The notes under the pieces: generated by a model
Told to the model about the DNA's origin: nothing
Seen by the model: the letters and a program-made list of their open reading frames with translations, nothing else
The model's database searches: none
In this document: positions 50,043 to 61,765 of the stretch, piece by piece
How the letters are laid out: the number at the start of each line of letters is the position of its first letter
How positions within the stretch are numbered: the stretch's first letter is position 1
Made by a program: the position numbers and the translations under genes
Assembly: GCA_963799055.1 (NCBI GenBank)
Contig: CAWCVP010000021.1
Span: forward strand, 76,287 to 140,286
From: an uncultured Candidatus Rokubacteria bacterium
Lineage (GTDB): Bacteria; Methylomirabilota; Methylomirabilia; Rokubacteriales; DASRDR01
Direction: 5' to 3'
DNA length: 64,000 nt

Positions 50043-50918
50043 TCAGGCGCGGCCGGCCGCGAGCGCGCCGACCAGCCCGAGCGCCGCGCCGCCGCTGGTC
50101 AACCCCGCCAGCCAGCGGGACGGCAGGAGCGGGAGAGGGTCGAGCCCCAGCACCGATCGAAGCCACGTCTCCGTCCACGGGGCGCCGGGCTCGGAAGCCA
50201 GCAGCAACAGGGTCAGCCCCAGGAGCGACCCAATCCCCGCCAGCCCGACCGCCTGGAGAACGAGCGGCGCGGCGAGACGGGGCTCGGACACGCCGACGAG
50301 ACGGAGGACGCTCACCTCGTCAGCGCCCGCCCGGCGGGCGGCCGCCGTCGCGCCGGCCGCGGCCGCCAGCGCCGCGAGCCCGAGCCCGGCGGCCAGGGCC
50401 AAGCCGCCCAGGCGGAGCCCGCGGCGAAGCCGCTCGAGGGGTTCGATCCAGCCGCGCGGGGCCTGTACTTCGCTCACCCCCGGGAGCCGGTCCAGCGTCG
50501 CGACGAGCGTCTCCAGCCCGGCCGCGTCCAGCGTCGCCGCGGGGGTCACCTCGAGGCGCGAGGGGAGGGGATTCGACGGGAGCCGGTCGAGCCCGTCCCC
50601 CCGGGGTCCGAGCAGCTGTCGGAGCTCGGCCAGGGCGACGTCGGGAGCGACGTACCGCACCGCCGACACCCCGCGAAGGGCCCGGGCCCGCCCGACGATC
50701 CCGTCGGGTCCCTCCGGCCGGGGGCCCGCGTCCCGGAGGACCACCACCAGCCGCAGGCTCGCGCGCCATCCCGCTTCGGCGCCGGCGAGCGCCAGGTCCC
50801 CGGCGAGGGTCGCGCCCGCGCTCAGCACCGCGAGCGCCGAGAGGAGCACCACCGCCGCGGCCGCGGAGCCACCCCGCCGGCAGCCACGGAACGTCGCGCC
50901 GACGACGTAACTAGCCAG
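50043..50918 (-). CDS. ftsX: Cell-division ABC transporter permease-like protein FtsX (start uncertain, possibly CTG at 50916-50918)
   Basis: TM1 VVLLSALAVLSAGATLAG, a periplasmic domain, then 3 C-terminal TMs. The first canonical start (GTG at 50852) would remove the usual Arg-rich cytoplasmic N-terminus (..YVVGATFRGCRRGG) that is open in frame up to the CTG overlapping the ftsE stop. Confidence 0.75.
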   Translation of the reverse strand: MASYVVGATFRGCRRGGSAAAAVVLLSALAVLSAGATLAGDLALAGAEAGWRASLRLVVVLRDAGPRPEGPDGIVGRARALRGVSAVRYVAPDVALAELRQLLGPRGDGLDRLPSNPLPSRLEVTPAATLDAAGLETLVATLDRLPGVSEVQAPRGWIEPLERLRRGLRLGGLALAAGLGLAALAAAAGATAAARRAGADEVSVLRLVGVSEPRLAAPLVLQAVGLAGIGSLLGLTLLLLASEPGAPWTETWLRSVLGLDPLPLLPSRWLAGLTSGGAALGLVGALAAGRA

Positions 50919-51591
50919 GGACGCCCTCGGGGCGAAGCCGGCCCGCCGCCAGCTGGAGGACCCGCCCGTCGAGCGCGCGTCCGACCTCGGGCGCCTGGGT
51001 CGTGACGAGGCACGTGGTCCCGCTCGTATGCACGCCTCGGATCAGCGCCACCACGACCGCGGCCTGGCCCGGGTCGAGCATCGCGGTGGGCTCGTCGAGA
51101 AGGAGCAGCCGCGGCCGGGTCACCAAGGCCCGGGCGAGCGTCAGCCGGCGCCGCTCGCCGTCCGCCAGCTCGTGCGGGAGCGCGTTCCGCGCCCCACCGA
51201 GCCCGACGTCGGCCAGCCCGGCCAGCGCACGGTCCCGCGCTTCGGCGCGGCCGGTGCCAAGCGCCTCCAGGACGAAGGTGAGGTTGCCGAGCGCCGTGCG
51301 GTCGCCGAGGAGGCGACCCCCCTGGGCGGCGACGCCGAGGCCGCGGCGCAGGCGGGCCAAGCCGCCCCGCCCGAGAGTCCCGACCTCCACCCCGTCGACG
51401 AGGACGGCGCCGCGGGTCGGGCGCTCCTCTCCCGTGACGAGCCTCAGCAGGGTCGACTTGCCGGCGCCGCTCGGGCCGACGACGACCGCCAGCTCGGCCG
51501 GCTTGACCTCGAAGGACAGGTCGACCAGCACCTCGACGCGCCTGACCGTCCCGCGCCCGTAGACCTTGAAGACGCCACGGAACTCCAGCAT
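50911..51591 (-). CDS. ftsE: Cell-division ATP-binding protein FtsE
   Basis: GPSGAGKSTLL (Walker A), a degenerate signature region, LLLLDEPTAMLD (Walker B). 226 aa, immediately upstream of ftsX. Confidence 0.88.
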   Translation of the reverse strand: MLEFRGVFKVYGRGTVRRVEVLVDLSFEVKPAELAVVVGPSGAGKSTLLRLVTGEERPTRGAVLVDGVEVGTLGRGGLARLRRGLGVAAQGGRLLGDRTALGNLTFVLEALGTGRAEARDRALAGLADVGLGGARNALPHELADGERRRLTLARALVTRPRLLLLDEPTAMLDPGQAAVVVALIRGVHTSGTTCLVTTQAPEVGRALDGRVLQLAAGRLRPEGVPG

Positions 51592-51602
51592 GGCCCGGGT
51601 TC

Positions 51603-51608
51603 ATTATA
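51603..51608 (-). promoter_or_regulatory. Isolated perfect TATAAT 11 nt upstream of the ftsE ATG (no convincing -35)
   Basis: Minus strand reads cttccTATAATgaacccgggccATG. No -35 or TGn extension is seen. Confidence 0.3.
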
Positions 51609-51670
51609 GGAAGCGCGGTCGGAGGGCCCGGCAGGGTTTCTGGGCGCGGTCGCGCGGCCGACCGGCCGGC

Positions 51671-53122
51671 TCAGCCTGCGCCGAGGCGCTCGGCGAGCAG
51701 CCGGTTGACGAGCTGGGGGTTCGCCTTGCCCTGGGTGGCCTTCATGACCTGGCCGACGAGAAATCCCAGCGCTTGCTTCTTGCCGCGGCGATAGTCCGTG
51801 ACCACGCCCGGGTGGGCCAGGACGACCGTGTCGATCGCCTGCCCGATGGCGCCCTCGTCGGCCACCTGGCGCAACCCCTCGCGCTGGACGATGGCGTCGG
51901 GCTCCTCGCCGGTCCGGACCATCCGCTCGAACAGCTCCTTGGCCATCTTGCCGCTGATGGTGCCCTCGTCGACCAGGGCGACCAGGCGCGCCAGCGCGGC
52001 CGCTCGGATGGGCGAGGCGAGAACGGCCGCCGGGTCCCCCTTGAGCTCGCGCAGGAGCTCCGACCCGATCCAGTTCGCCAGCGCCTTGGGATTCGGGTGG
52101 AGCCGGGTGGCCTCCTCGAAGTAGTCGGCGAGCGCGCGGTCCCCCGTCAGGAGCTCGGCGTCGTGCACGGGGAGCCCGTACTGCTCGACGAAGCGCTGCC
52201 GGCGCGGGCGCGGGAGCTCGGGCAGCTCCTGCTCGATCGCCGCCACCCACGCGGGATCGGGCTGGACCGGCACCAGGTCGGGGTCGGGGAAGTACCGGTA
52301 GTCGTGCGCGTACTCCTTCGATCGCATCGGGACGGTGACGCTCCGCTCGGGGTTCCAGAGGCGCGTCTCCTGGACGACGCGCTCGCCCCCCTCGAGCGCC
52401 CGGACCTGGCGCACCGCCTCGTGCTCGAGCGCGTCGCGCACGTGACGGAAGGAGTTCATGTTCTTGATCTCGACCTTGGTCCCGAGCTCGAGGGTGCCGG
52501 CCCGCCGTACGGACACGTTGGCGTCGCAGCGGAGGGCTCCCGCCTCCATGTTGCCGTCGCAGACGCCGAGGTACCGGAGGATCGCGCGGAGGGTCCGCAG
52601 GTACTCGGCCGCCTCGTCCGGGGAGCGGAGATCGGGTTGCGAGACGATCTCCATGAGCGGGACACCGGCCCGGTTGAAATCGACCAGGCTCGCGCTCGCG
52701 GTCTCGAACACCCCGCCCTGGTGGGTGAGCTTGCCGACGTCCTCCTCGAGGTGGAGCCGCTCGATGCCGATGCGGCGCGGGGTGTCGCTCACCTCGATCT
52801 CCAGCCACCCGACCCCCGCCAGCGGCGCCTCGTACTGGCTGATCTGGTAGTTCTTCGGCATGTCGGGATAGAAGTAGTGCTTCCGGGCGAAGCGGCACTC
52901 GGCGTTGATCCGGCAGTGGAGCGCGCTCGCCGTGCGGAGGCCGAACTCGATGGCGCGGCGGTTGATGACCGGCAAGACACCCGGCATGCCGAGACAGACC
53001 GGACAGGTCTGATGGTTCGGGGGCGCCCCGAACGTCGTGGCGCAGCCGCAGAACATCTTCGAGCGCGTCAGGAGCTGCGCGTGGACCTCGAGCCCGATGA
53101 CGGGCTCCCAGCGGGCGCTCAG
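51671..53122 (-). CDS. gatB: Asp/Glu-tRNA(Asn/Gln) amidotransferase subunit B (start probably CTG at 53120-53122)
   Basis: (L)[38 protein letters not shown]......AL.C.I.....F.RK.YFYPD.PK.YQISQ. The track start MFCGC would delete the conserved WE.VIGLEVH block. There is no ATG/GTG/TTG in frame upstream of it. Confidence 0.9.
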   Translation of the reverse strand: MSARWEPVIGLEVHAQLLTRSKMFCGCATTFGAPPNHQTCPVCLGMPGVLPVINRRAIEFGLRTASALHCRINAECRFARKHYFYPDMPKNYQISQYEAPLAGVGWLEIEVSDTPRRIGIERLHLEEDVGKLTHQGGVFETASASLVDFNRAGVPLMEIVSQPDLRSPDEAAEYLRTLRAILRYLGVCDGNMEAGALRCDANVSVRRAGTLELGTKVEIKNMNSFRHVRDALEHEAVRQVRALEGGERVVQETRLWNPERSVTVPMRSKEYAHDYRYFPDPDLVPVQPDPAWVAAIEQELPELPRPRRQRFVEQYGLPVHDAELLTGDRALADYFEEATRLHPNPKALANWIGSELLRELKGDPAAVLASPIRAAALARLVALVDEGTISGKMAKELFERMVRTGEEPDAIVQREGLRQVADEGAIGQAIDTVVLAHPGVVTDYRRGKKQALGFLVGQVMKATQGKANPQLVNRLLAERLGAG

Positions 53123-54606
53123 CGTGGGGAGAGTCCCGGCGCCGGCGCGAGCTCCGGGCGGCGCCGGGGCGTGCCGCGCGCCGCTTCGTGGGCGCCCGCC
53201 ACCCGGAACAGCGTGACCTCGTCGAAGGGCTTGCCGATGACCTGGAGGCCGATCGGGAGGCCGGTGAGCGAGAACCCGCAGGGGACCGAGATCGCCGGCA
53301 CGCCGGCCAAGGGCGCCGGGATCGTGAACACGTCGTTCAGGTACATCGCGATGGGGTCATCCGTCTTCTCGCCGATCTTGAAGGCCGGGGTGGGCGCCGT
53401 CGGCGAGACGATCGCGTCGACCTCGGCGAAGGCCCGCTCGAAGTCCCGGCGGATCAGCGTGCGGACGCGCTGCGCCTGCGCGTAGTAGGCGTCGTAGTAG
53501 CCGGCCGACAGCACGTAGGCGCCCAGCATGATCCGGCGCCGCACCTCCGGCCCGAAGCCTTCCGCGCGCGTGCGCGCGCTCATGCTCGTGAGATCGCGGC
53601 CCGCGACCCGGAGCCCGTACTTGACCCCGTCGTAGCGAGCCAGGTTGGACGAGGCCTCGGCCGGGGCCACGATGTAGTAGGTCGCGACGCCGGCACCGGT
53701 GTGCGGGAGTGACACCCGGCGCGTCCGGGCCCCGGCGCGCTCCAGCGAGCGGATGGCGTCGCGCACGGCGTGCTCGACCTCCGGATCGAGGCCCGCCACG
53801 AAGTACTCGTCCGGGATGCCGAGGGTCAGGCCCTCGACGCCCCGCCCAACGGCCGCCTGGTAGTCCGGCACCGGCTCGCCGACCGCGGTGGAGTCCATGG
53901 GATCCGGCCCGGCGATGGTCTCGAGCAAGAGCGCCGCGTCCCGCACGTCCTTCGCCAGCGGGCCGATCTGGTCGAGGGACGACGCGAACGCGATCAGCCC
54001 GTAGCGCGACACCCGCCCGTAGGTGGGCTTGAGCCCGACGACCCCGCAGAGGGCGGCGGGCTGCCGCACCGAGCCACCCGTGTCGGTGCCGAGTCCCCCG
54101 GCGGCCAGGTCGGCGGCCACGGCGGCGGCCGAGCCGCCCGAGGATCCGCCGGGGACCCGGTCGAGGCCCCAGGGGTTGCGGGTCACGCGGAACCCGGAGT
54201 TCTCCGTCGAGGAGCCCATCGCGAACTCGTCGCAGTTGGTCTTGCCGAGGAGGATGGCGCCGTCCCCGGCCAGGCGGACCACCGCCGTGGCGTCGTAGGG
54301 GGGGACGAAGTCAGCGAGAATGCGCGAGCCGCAAGTGGTGCGGATCCCGCGGGTGCAGAGCACGTCCTTGATCGCCAACGGCACGCCCTCGAGCGGGCGC
54401 GGCAGCTCCCCGCGCCGGAGCCGGTCGTCCACGGCCTCGGCCTGGGCGCGCGCCTCCGTCGCCGCGACCGTGAGGTAGGCCCCCAGCGTCCCGTCGAGGG
54501 CGGCGATCCGCGCGAGATACGCGTCGACCAGGGTGCGGGCGGAGACGCGCCCCTCCCGCAGGGCCGTCACGGTCTCGTGGATGGTGAGCCGCGTCCAGTC
54601 GCTCAG
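53119..54606 (-). CDS. gatA: Glu-tRNA(Gln) amidotransferase subunit A (start probably CTG at 54604-54606)
   Basis: ..PLAIKDV.CT.G..TTCGS.IL..F.PPYDATVV..L...GA...[15 protein letters not shown]......NPW....[15 protein letters not shown].....LG.DTGGS.RQPA. The conserved N-terminal helix [13 protein letters not shown] lies upstream of the first canonical start (GTG at 54570). Confidence 0.9.
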   Translation of the reverse strand: MSDWTRLTIHETVTALREGRVSARTLVDAYLARIAALDGTLGAYLTVAATEARAQAEAVDDRLRRGELPRPLEGVPLAIKDVLCTRGIRTTCGSRILADFVPPYDATAVVRLAGDGAILLGKTNCDEFAMGSSTENSGFRVTRNPWGLDRVPGGSSGGSAAAVAADLAAGGLGTDTGGSVRQPAALCGVVGLKPTYGRVSRYGLIAFASSLDQIGPLAKDVRDAALLLETIAGPDPMDSTAVGEPVPDYQAAVGRGVEGLTLGIPDEYFVAGLDPEVEHAVRDAIRSLERAGARTRRVSLPHTGAGVATYYIVAPAEASSNLARYDGVKYGLRVAGRDLTSMSARTRAEGFGPEVRRRIMLGAYVLSAGYYDAYYAQAQRVRTLIRRDFERAFAEVDAIVSPTAPTPAFKIGEKTDDPIAMYLNDVFTIPAPLAGVPAISVPCGFSLTGLPIGLQVIGKPFDEVTLFRVAGAHEAARGTPRRRPELAPAPGLSPR

Positions 54607-54609
54607 GAC

Positions 54610-54909
54610 TCACTCCTCCAGGATGCGCGGCACGCGGAACTGCCCGTCCTCCGGCTCCGGGGCGTTCGCCAGCACGGCCTCCACCGGGTACGAGGGTCGG
54701 ACCTCGTCCTCACGGAGGACGTTGACGAGAGGCAGGACGTGCGCGGTCGGCTCGATCCCCGTCGTGTCGACGCGGCGGAGCTGCTCGACGTAGCCCAGGA
54801 TGGCGTCGAGCTGGCCTCGCATCCGCTCCTTCTCGTCCGGCGCGATGTCGAGCCGCGCCAGCCGGGCGACGTGCTCCACCTCGGCCAGCGTGATCCGTGT
54901 CTCGCTCAT
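54610..54909 (-). CDS. gatC: Asp/Glu-tRNA(Asn/Gln) amidotransferase subunit C
   Basis: 99 aa. ..EVEHVARLARL....DE........L..IL.YVEQL..VDT.G.EPT.H...L.N.LREDEV. Confidence 0.88.
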   Translation of the reverse strand: MSETRITLAEVEHVARLARLDIAPDEKERMRGQLDAILGYVEQLRRVDTTGIEPTAHVLPLVNVLREDEVRPSYPVEAVLANAPEPEDGQFRVPRILEE

Positions 54910-54978
54910 CCGAGGCGTCCCTCCCGCGTGGGCCGGGCCGGCGCGCCGGGCACGTCACCCCGTGACCGGGCCCCCAGC

Positions 54979-57141
54979 TTACACCTCCTCGAGTGGCGCA
55001 TATTTGAGGAGGAGCCGCTTCCGGCCGACCGAGAGGAAATTCACGGTCACGACGACGTCCTGCCCGTCCTTCTGGACGCCCGTGAGGATCCCGTCCCCCC
55101 AGTCCGCATGGCGGACGCGGGCCCCGACGCGGAGCGGATACTCGTCCGCGGGGTCCGGGCCCGGGTCGGCCGCCGGCTCGGCCACCCCGCCGGGCCACGG
55201 GGCGCGTCCCGAACCGGCCGGTCCCCGCCGGCCACCGACGGGGACGACGGCCTCCGCGGGCATCTCGAGGAGGAACCGCGAGGGCTCCCGGAGCCCCGCG
55301 TAGCCGCCAAGGCGGCGCTCCGTGGCGTACGAGAGGAAGAGCCGCTCCTTCGCCCGCGTGAGCCCCACGTAGGCGAGGCGGCGCTCCTCCTCCACTCCCT
55401 CCTCGTCGTCCAGGGCCCGGCCGTGCGGGAAGACCCCTTCCTCGAGCCCCGTCAGGAACACGGCCGGAAACTCGAGCCCCTTGGCGGAGTGGAGCGTCAT
55501 CAGCGTGACGGCGGCGCGCGCTTCCTGCAGCTCGTCGACGTCCGAGATCAGCGCCACGGAGTCGAGGAAGTCGGCGAGGTCGCCCCCCTCCGGCCGCGCG
55601 GCGAACTCCTCGGCGGCGACGACCAGCTCGTCCAGGTTCTCCAGCCGGCTCTCGGCTTCCGCCGTGCCCTCGCGTCGAAGGGGCTCTCGGAGCCCGGCCC
55701 CGTCGATGACCGCGGCCACGCGGACCCCGAGGGGGCCCGGGGCCGCCGCGACGGCCGTGAGCCGCGCCACGAGACGGGCGAACTCCGCGAGACCCCGGCC
55801 GCCCCGGCCGCCGAGGTCCTCCGCTGCTCGGGCCGCGGTGGCGAGGAGCGGGGTGCCCGCGGGCGCCGCCAGCTCCTCGAGGCGGGCGAGCGTGGCGCGG
55901 CCGATCCCGCGCGGCGGCGCCCCGAGCGCGCGGCGGAACGCCAGGTCGTCCGCCGGATTCGTGACGAGGCGGAGGTAGGCGAGCGCATCCTTGACCTCCT
56001 TGCGCTCGTAGAAGCGGACGCTCCCCACGATGTGGTACGGGAGCCCGGCCACGCGGAAGGAGTCCTCGAGCACGCGAGACTGGGCGTTCATCCGGTACAG
56101 CACGGCGACCCCGTCGAGGGACAGCCCCTCGGCGCGCAGCTCAGCCACCGTCCGCGCGACCCAGAGGGCTTCCTCGGCCTCGTCGCGCGCCTGGAAGAGG
56201 CGGGCCGGCTCCCCGCGCGCGTTCTCCGTCCAGAGGCTCTTGTCCTTCCGCGCCTGGTTGTGCGCGATCACCGCGGCGGCGATCTCCAGGATGCAGCCCG
56301 TCGAGCGGTAGTTCTGCTCGAGCCGGACGACGCGGCAGCCCGGGAAGTCCCGCTCGAAGTCCAGGATGTTCCGGAGGTCCGCGCCCCGGAATCGGTAGAT
56401 GGACTGGTCCGGGTCGCCGACGACGCAGAGGTTCCGATGGACGGCCGTCAGCTGCCGCAAGAGCCGGTACTGGGCGGCGTTGGTGTCCTGGTACTCGTCG
56501 ACGAGCACGTATTGCCACCGCTCGCGATAGTAGTCGAGGACTTCGGCATGGCGCGCGAAGACCTCCACCGTGAGACCCAGGAGATCGTCGAAGTCGAGCG
56601 CCCCGCGCTCACGGAGCCGGGCCGCATACCGGGCGTAGAGCCGCGCCACGTCGGCCTCCCGCGGCCCCCGCGCCGCCGTGCGGACCTCCTCCGGCCCGAG
56701 GAGCTGGTTCTTCGCGCGGGAAATGCGGGCGACGGCCGCCGACGGGGTGAGCGCCCGTTCGTCGAGACCGAGCTCGCGGTAGCACTCGCGCACGAGCGTC
56801 AGTCGATCGTCCTCGTCGTAGATCACGAACGACCGGGGGTACCCCAGGTGATGAATCTCGGCCCGGAGCACGCGCGCGCACGCGGCGTGGAACGTGGCCA
56901 CCAGCGGGGGGCGGCCGCCGCGGCCCGCGAGGATCGCCGCCACGCGTTGGGCCATCTCACCGGCCGCCTTGTTCGTGAAGGTAACGGCCAGGATCCGCCG
57001 GGCGTCCACGCCCCGGGCCACCAGGTGCGCGATCCGGTGCGCGATCACGCGCGTCTTGCCGCTGCCGGCTCCGGCCAGGACGAGGAGGGGGCCGTCCCCG
57101 TGGAGAACGGCCTCTTGCTGGACGGGATTGAGTCCGGCCAT
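54979..57141 (-). CDS. pcrA: ATP-dependent DNA helicase PcrA/UvrD
   Basis: LNPVQQEAV....GPLLVLAGAGSGKT.V...RIA.L..TFTNKAA.EM..R..; DEYQDTN..QY.L...L; ..T.H.AKGLEF..VF..G.EEG.FP. ATG at 57139-57141 (MAGLNPVQ). The track start at 57276 overlaps glmS. Confidence 0.9.
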   Translation of the reverse strand: MAGLNPVQQEAVLHGDGPLLVLAGAGSGKTRVIAHRIAHLVARGVDARRILAVTFTNKAAGEMAQRVAAILAGRGGRPPLVATFHAACARVLRAEIHHLGYPRSFVIYDEDDRLTLVRECYRELGLDERALTPSAAVARISRAKNQLLGPEEVRTAARGPREADVARLYARYAARLRERGALDFDDLLGLTVEVFARHAEVLDYYRERWQYVLVDEYQDTNAAQYRLLRQLTAVHRNLCVVGDPDQSIYRFRGADLRNILDFERDFPGCRVVRLEQNYRSTGCILEIAAAVIAHNQARKDKSLWTENARGEPARLFQARDEAEEALWVARTVAELRAEGLSLDGVAVLYRMNAQSRVLEDSFRVAGLPYHIVGSVRFYERKEVKDALAYLRLVTNPADDLAFRRALGAPPRGIGRATLARLEELAAPAGTPLLATAARAAEDLGGRGGRGLAEFARLVARLTAVAAAPGPLGVRVAAVIDGAGLREPLRREGTAEAESRLENLDELVVAAEEFAARPEGGDLADFLDSVALISDVDELQEARAAVTLMTLHSAKGLEFPAVFLTGLEEGVFPHGRALDDEEGVEEERRLAYVGLTRAKERLFLSYATERRLGGYAGLREPSRFLLEMPAEAVVPVGGRRGPAGSGRAPWPGGVAEPAADPGPDPADEYPLRVGARVRHADWGDGILTGVQKDGQDVVVTVNFLSVGRKRLLLKYAPLEEV

Positions 57142-57224
57142 CAGGGCGACGTCACCCGACAGGATGCTCACGAGGAGCCAGAGTACACCGGAAGCGGCGG
57201 CGCCGACCGGGACGAAACCGGCGC

Positions 57225-59063
<1,839 letters not shown>

Positions 59064-59116
59064 CGCACCGTCACCTCACCTGGAGTATGCGCCCCGAGGG
59101 CGAGACCGGACAACCA

Positions 59117-59131
59117 GCAACCCGCGTGCCA
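59117..59131 (-). promoter_or_regulatory. Sigma54 (RpoN) -24/-12 promoter upstream of glmS
   Basis: Minus strand reads CTGGCACGCGGGTTGCTGG, i.e. TGGCAC-N5-TTGC. The -12 element lies 54 nt upstream of the glmS ATG, and SD AGGTGA lies in between. Confidence 0.6.
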
Positions 59132-59244
59132 GTCCGAGGGCGGCACCGCCTGGGCCCGCCTGGTGGGGCCGCCAGCCCCGAGGCCTTCGCCCATCGCCAG
59201 CCGGCTGTTTCGACCGCGCAACTTCGGAAGCGCCCGGCGTTTCA

Positions 59245-59262
59245 GGTCGGAGACCCCCGACA
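59245..59262. promoter_or_regulatory. Imperfect palindrome TGTCGG-N6-CCGACC about 125 nt upstream of the sigma54 promoter (candidate activator site or glmU terminator stem)
   Basis: Minus strand reads TGTCGGgggtctCCGACC. 5 of 6 positions are self-complementary. Confidence 0.3.
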
Positions 59263-59280
59263 CGGTCGACGCGGCCCTGA

Positions 59281-60744
59281 TCAGGGCGGCGCGGCGCCCG
59301 CGGGACCGCCGCTCGCCCGCGCGCGGGCCCGCCGCCGCTCGGTCCAGCCTTCCTTGACGATCTGCGGCGCCCGCTCCACCGCGAGGGCGCCCGGAGGCAC
59401 GTCCTTCGTGATCACGGAGCCCGCACCGACATAGGCGTCGTCCCCGATGGTGAGGGGGGCGACCAGGCTCGCGTTCGTCCCGACGAAGGCCCGGGCGCCG
59501 ATCCGGGTGCGATGCTTCTTCACGCCGTCGTAGTTGCAGGTGATGACCCCCGCGCCGATGTTCGCGCCCTCCCCCACCGTCGCGTCGCCGATGTACCCGA
59601 CATGGTGTGCCTTCACGCCGCGCCCGATCGTCGCCTGCTTGATCTCGATGAAGTTGCCGATGTCGGCGCCGCGCTCGATGAGCGTGCCGGGGCGGAGGCG
59701 CGCGAACGGCCCCAGCGTCGCGTCGGCCTCCACCCGGGAGGCGTCGAGCACGCAGTAGGGCCGGAGCGTGACACGGTCGCCGAGCGTCGTGTCCACCACC
59801 TGGCAGCCCGTCCCGATCACGCATCCCTCCCCGAGCACCGTGCGGCCCGCGAGGCGCACCCCGGGATGGAGGGTGGTGTCCCGGCCCACCGTCACGGTCG
59901 CGTCGACGTAGGTGGCCGCGGGGTCGACGACGGCCACGCCGGCCGCCATGAGCGCGTCGAGGGTGCGGCTGCGCAGGAGGCCCTCGAGCATCGCGAGCTG
60001 CCGGCGGTCGTTCACACCCGCAACCTCTCGGGGATCCGCCACGCGGACCCCCTCGACCCGGCGGCCCTGGCGCCGCAGCTGGCCGATCACGTCGGTGAGG
60101 TAGATCTCGGCCTGGGCGTTCTTCGGTGCCCGCCGCGCCAGCCCTTCCAGGGTCGGCCACAGCCATCGCGGGGCGAAGCAGTAGATCCCGGAGTTGCACT
60201 CGCCGACGCGGCGCTGGGCCGGCGTCGCATCGCGCTCCTCGACGATGGCCCGCACCTGGCCGTCGCGGCCGCGCAGCACCCGCCCGTAGCCGTGCGGGTC
60301 CGCGGGGACGAACGTCAGGACGGTGGCCGCGGCACGGCGCGCGCGATGGCGGGCGAGCAGCGCGGCGAGGGTCTCGGGAGTGAGGAGCGGCACGTCGCCG
60401 TACAGGAGCAGCAGCTCGGCGGCGGTGTCCGGAATTTCGGGCCGCGCCTGCAGGAGAGCGTGCCCGGTCCCCCGGGGCTCGGGCTGCTCGACGAACTGCG
60501 GACCGAGGTCGGCGAGGGCGGCCCGCACCGCAGCAGCCCCGGGCGCCACGACGATCACCGTTCCCGCGACTCCCGCTCCGCGGGCGAGGGCGACCGGATA
60601 GTGGACGAGCGGGCGGCCGCCCAGGGAATGGAGGATCTTGGGCCGGCCCGACCGCATGCGCTTGCCCTCGCCGGCAGCCAGGACGACGGCCCAGGTCTCG
60701 GGCGAAGCCGTCGGTGCCCGACGCCGGCGGGCCGGCCTAGACAC
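59281..60744 (-). CDS. glmU: Bifunctional UDP-N-acetylglucosamine pyrophosphorylase / glucosamine-1-phosphate N-acetyltransferase GlmU
   Basis: AVVLAAGEGKRM.S..PK.LH.L.G.P.., left-handed beta-helix hexapeptide repeats in the C-terminal half. GTG at 60742-60744 overlaps the upstream stop by 8 nt. Confidence 0.9.
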   Translation of the reverse strand: MSRPARRRRAPTASPETWAVVLAAGEGKRMRSGRPKILHSLGGRPLVHYPVALARGAGVAGTVIVVAPGAAAVRAALADLGPQFVEQPEPRGTGHALLQARPEIPDTAAELLLLYGDVPLLTPETLAALLARHRARRAAATVLTFVPADPHGYGRVLRGRDGQVRAIVEERDATPAQRRVGECNSGIYCFAPRWLWPTLEGLARRAPKNAQAEIYLTDVIGQLRRQGRRVEGVRVADPREVAGVNDRRQLAMLEGLLRSRTLDALMAAGVAVVDPAATYVDATVTVGRDTTLHPGVRLAGRTVLGEGCVIGTGCQVVDTTLGDRVTLRPYCVLDASRVEADATLGPFARLRPGTLIERGADIGNFIEIKQATIGRGVKAHHVGYIGDATVGEGANIGAGVITCNYDGVKKHRTRIGARAFVGTNASLVAPLTIGDDAYVGAGSVITKDVPPGALAVERAPQIVKEGWTERRRARARASGGPAGAAPP

Positions 60745-61756
60745 GAACGGCCGCCGGCCGGCGGACGGGGCCGCCATGGCGGATGAGCCGGGCGAGCACC
60801 CGGCCGAGCTTCTCGGGATGGTGCCGGGCCAGCTCGGTCGGCCCGGCCAGGTCCGCCTCCATGACCCAGATGCCCATCGCGCGGACACGCTCGCGATCCG
60901 CCGCCGTCACGGGCATGGCCCCGGCCCGCGCATAGCGGGCCACGACGTCCGGTGGAAGGGAGCGTCCGTGCACCACGACCCCGTCGATGACGCCGCGACC
61001 GGCGTGCGCGTACAACGCGTCCAGGTGGTCGCCGAGCGACATCCGGTCCGTCTCGCCGGGCTCCGTCATCAGGTTGGCCACGCAGATCTTGATCGCCGCC
61101 GCGCCCCGCAGCGCATCGGCGACGCCGTCGACCAGGAGGGTCGGGATCAAGCTCGTGTAGAGCGAGCCCGGGGCCAACACCACCACGTGCGCATGGGCAA
61201 TGGCCTCCAGCACCTCGGGCAGCGCCCGGGCATGACCCGGATCGAGGAAGACGCGGCGAATCGGCACGCCCTGGCGGCTGATCTGCGACTCCCCGAGGAT
61301 CCGGCGCCCGTCGGTCAGCTCGGCGCCGAGCCGCACCCCGTCGAGCGTCGAGGGGAGAATGGTCCCGCGCACCGCCAGCACCTTGCCGGAGATGCGGATC
61401 GCCTGCAGGAAGTTGCCCGTGACGTGCGTCAGGGCCGCGAGGAAGAGGTTCCCGAAGCTATGGCCCGCCAGCCCGCCGGCCCCCGGAAACCGGAACTGGA
61501 ACAGCTCCGCCATCAGGGGCTCGACCTCCGCGAGGGCGACCAGGCAGTTCCGGATGTCGCCGGGGGGGAGTACCTGCAGCTCGTCGCGGAGACGCCCCGA
61601 GCTGCCGCCGTCGTCCGTCACGGTCACGACCGCGGTCAAGCTGGTGACCCGACCCCCGAGATAGCGCTTGAGGGCAGCGAGGACGACGGGGAGGCCGGTG
61701 CCGCCGCCGATGGCCACGACCCGGCGCCCTCCGTCGCGTCGCCCTCGCTCCGCCAT
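60737..61756 (-). CDS. YvcK/CofD-family gluconeogenesis-factor-like protein
   Basis: VVAIGGGTGL..VL..LK.......LTAVVTV.DDGGSSGRLR.E....PPGD.RNCL.ALA........LF.YRF......L.GHSFGNL.L.AL. Intact 339 aa. Confidence 0.85.
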   Translation of the reverse strand: MAERGRRDGGRRVVAIGGGTGLPVVLAALKRYLGGRVTSLTAVVTVTDDGGSSGRLRDELQVLPPGDIRNCLVALAEVEPLMAELFQFRFPGAGGLAGHSFGNLFLAALTHVTGNFLQAIRISGKVLAVRGTILPSTLDGVRLGAELTDGRRILGESQISRQGVPIRRVFLDPGHARALPEVLEAIAHAHVVVLAPGSLYTSLIPTLLVDGVADALRGAAAIKICVANLMTEPGETDRMSLGDHLDALYAHAGRGVIDGVVVHGRSLPPDVVARYARAGAMPVTAADRERVRAMGIWVMEADLAGPTELARHHPEKLGRVLARLIRHGGPVRRPAAVRV

Positions 61757-61765
61757 GAGTCGATC

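Noticed and set aside
59064-59280. Possible glmS ribozyme in the long GC-rich spacer upstream of glmS.
   Set aside because: I could not find the conserved core (AGCGCC cleavage-site helix, GACGAGG, CGGCGGAUGCC..CCCGG) in the expected order. A partial resemblance (UCGAAAC..CGGCUGGCGAUGGG) is not convincing. The sigma54 promoter would place most of the spacer upstream of the TSS. A cmsearch with RF00234 would settle it.
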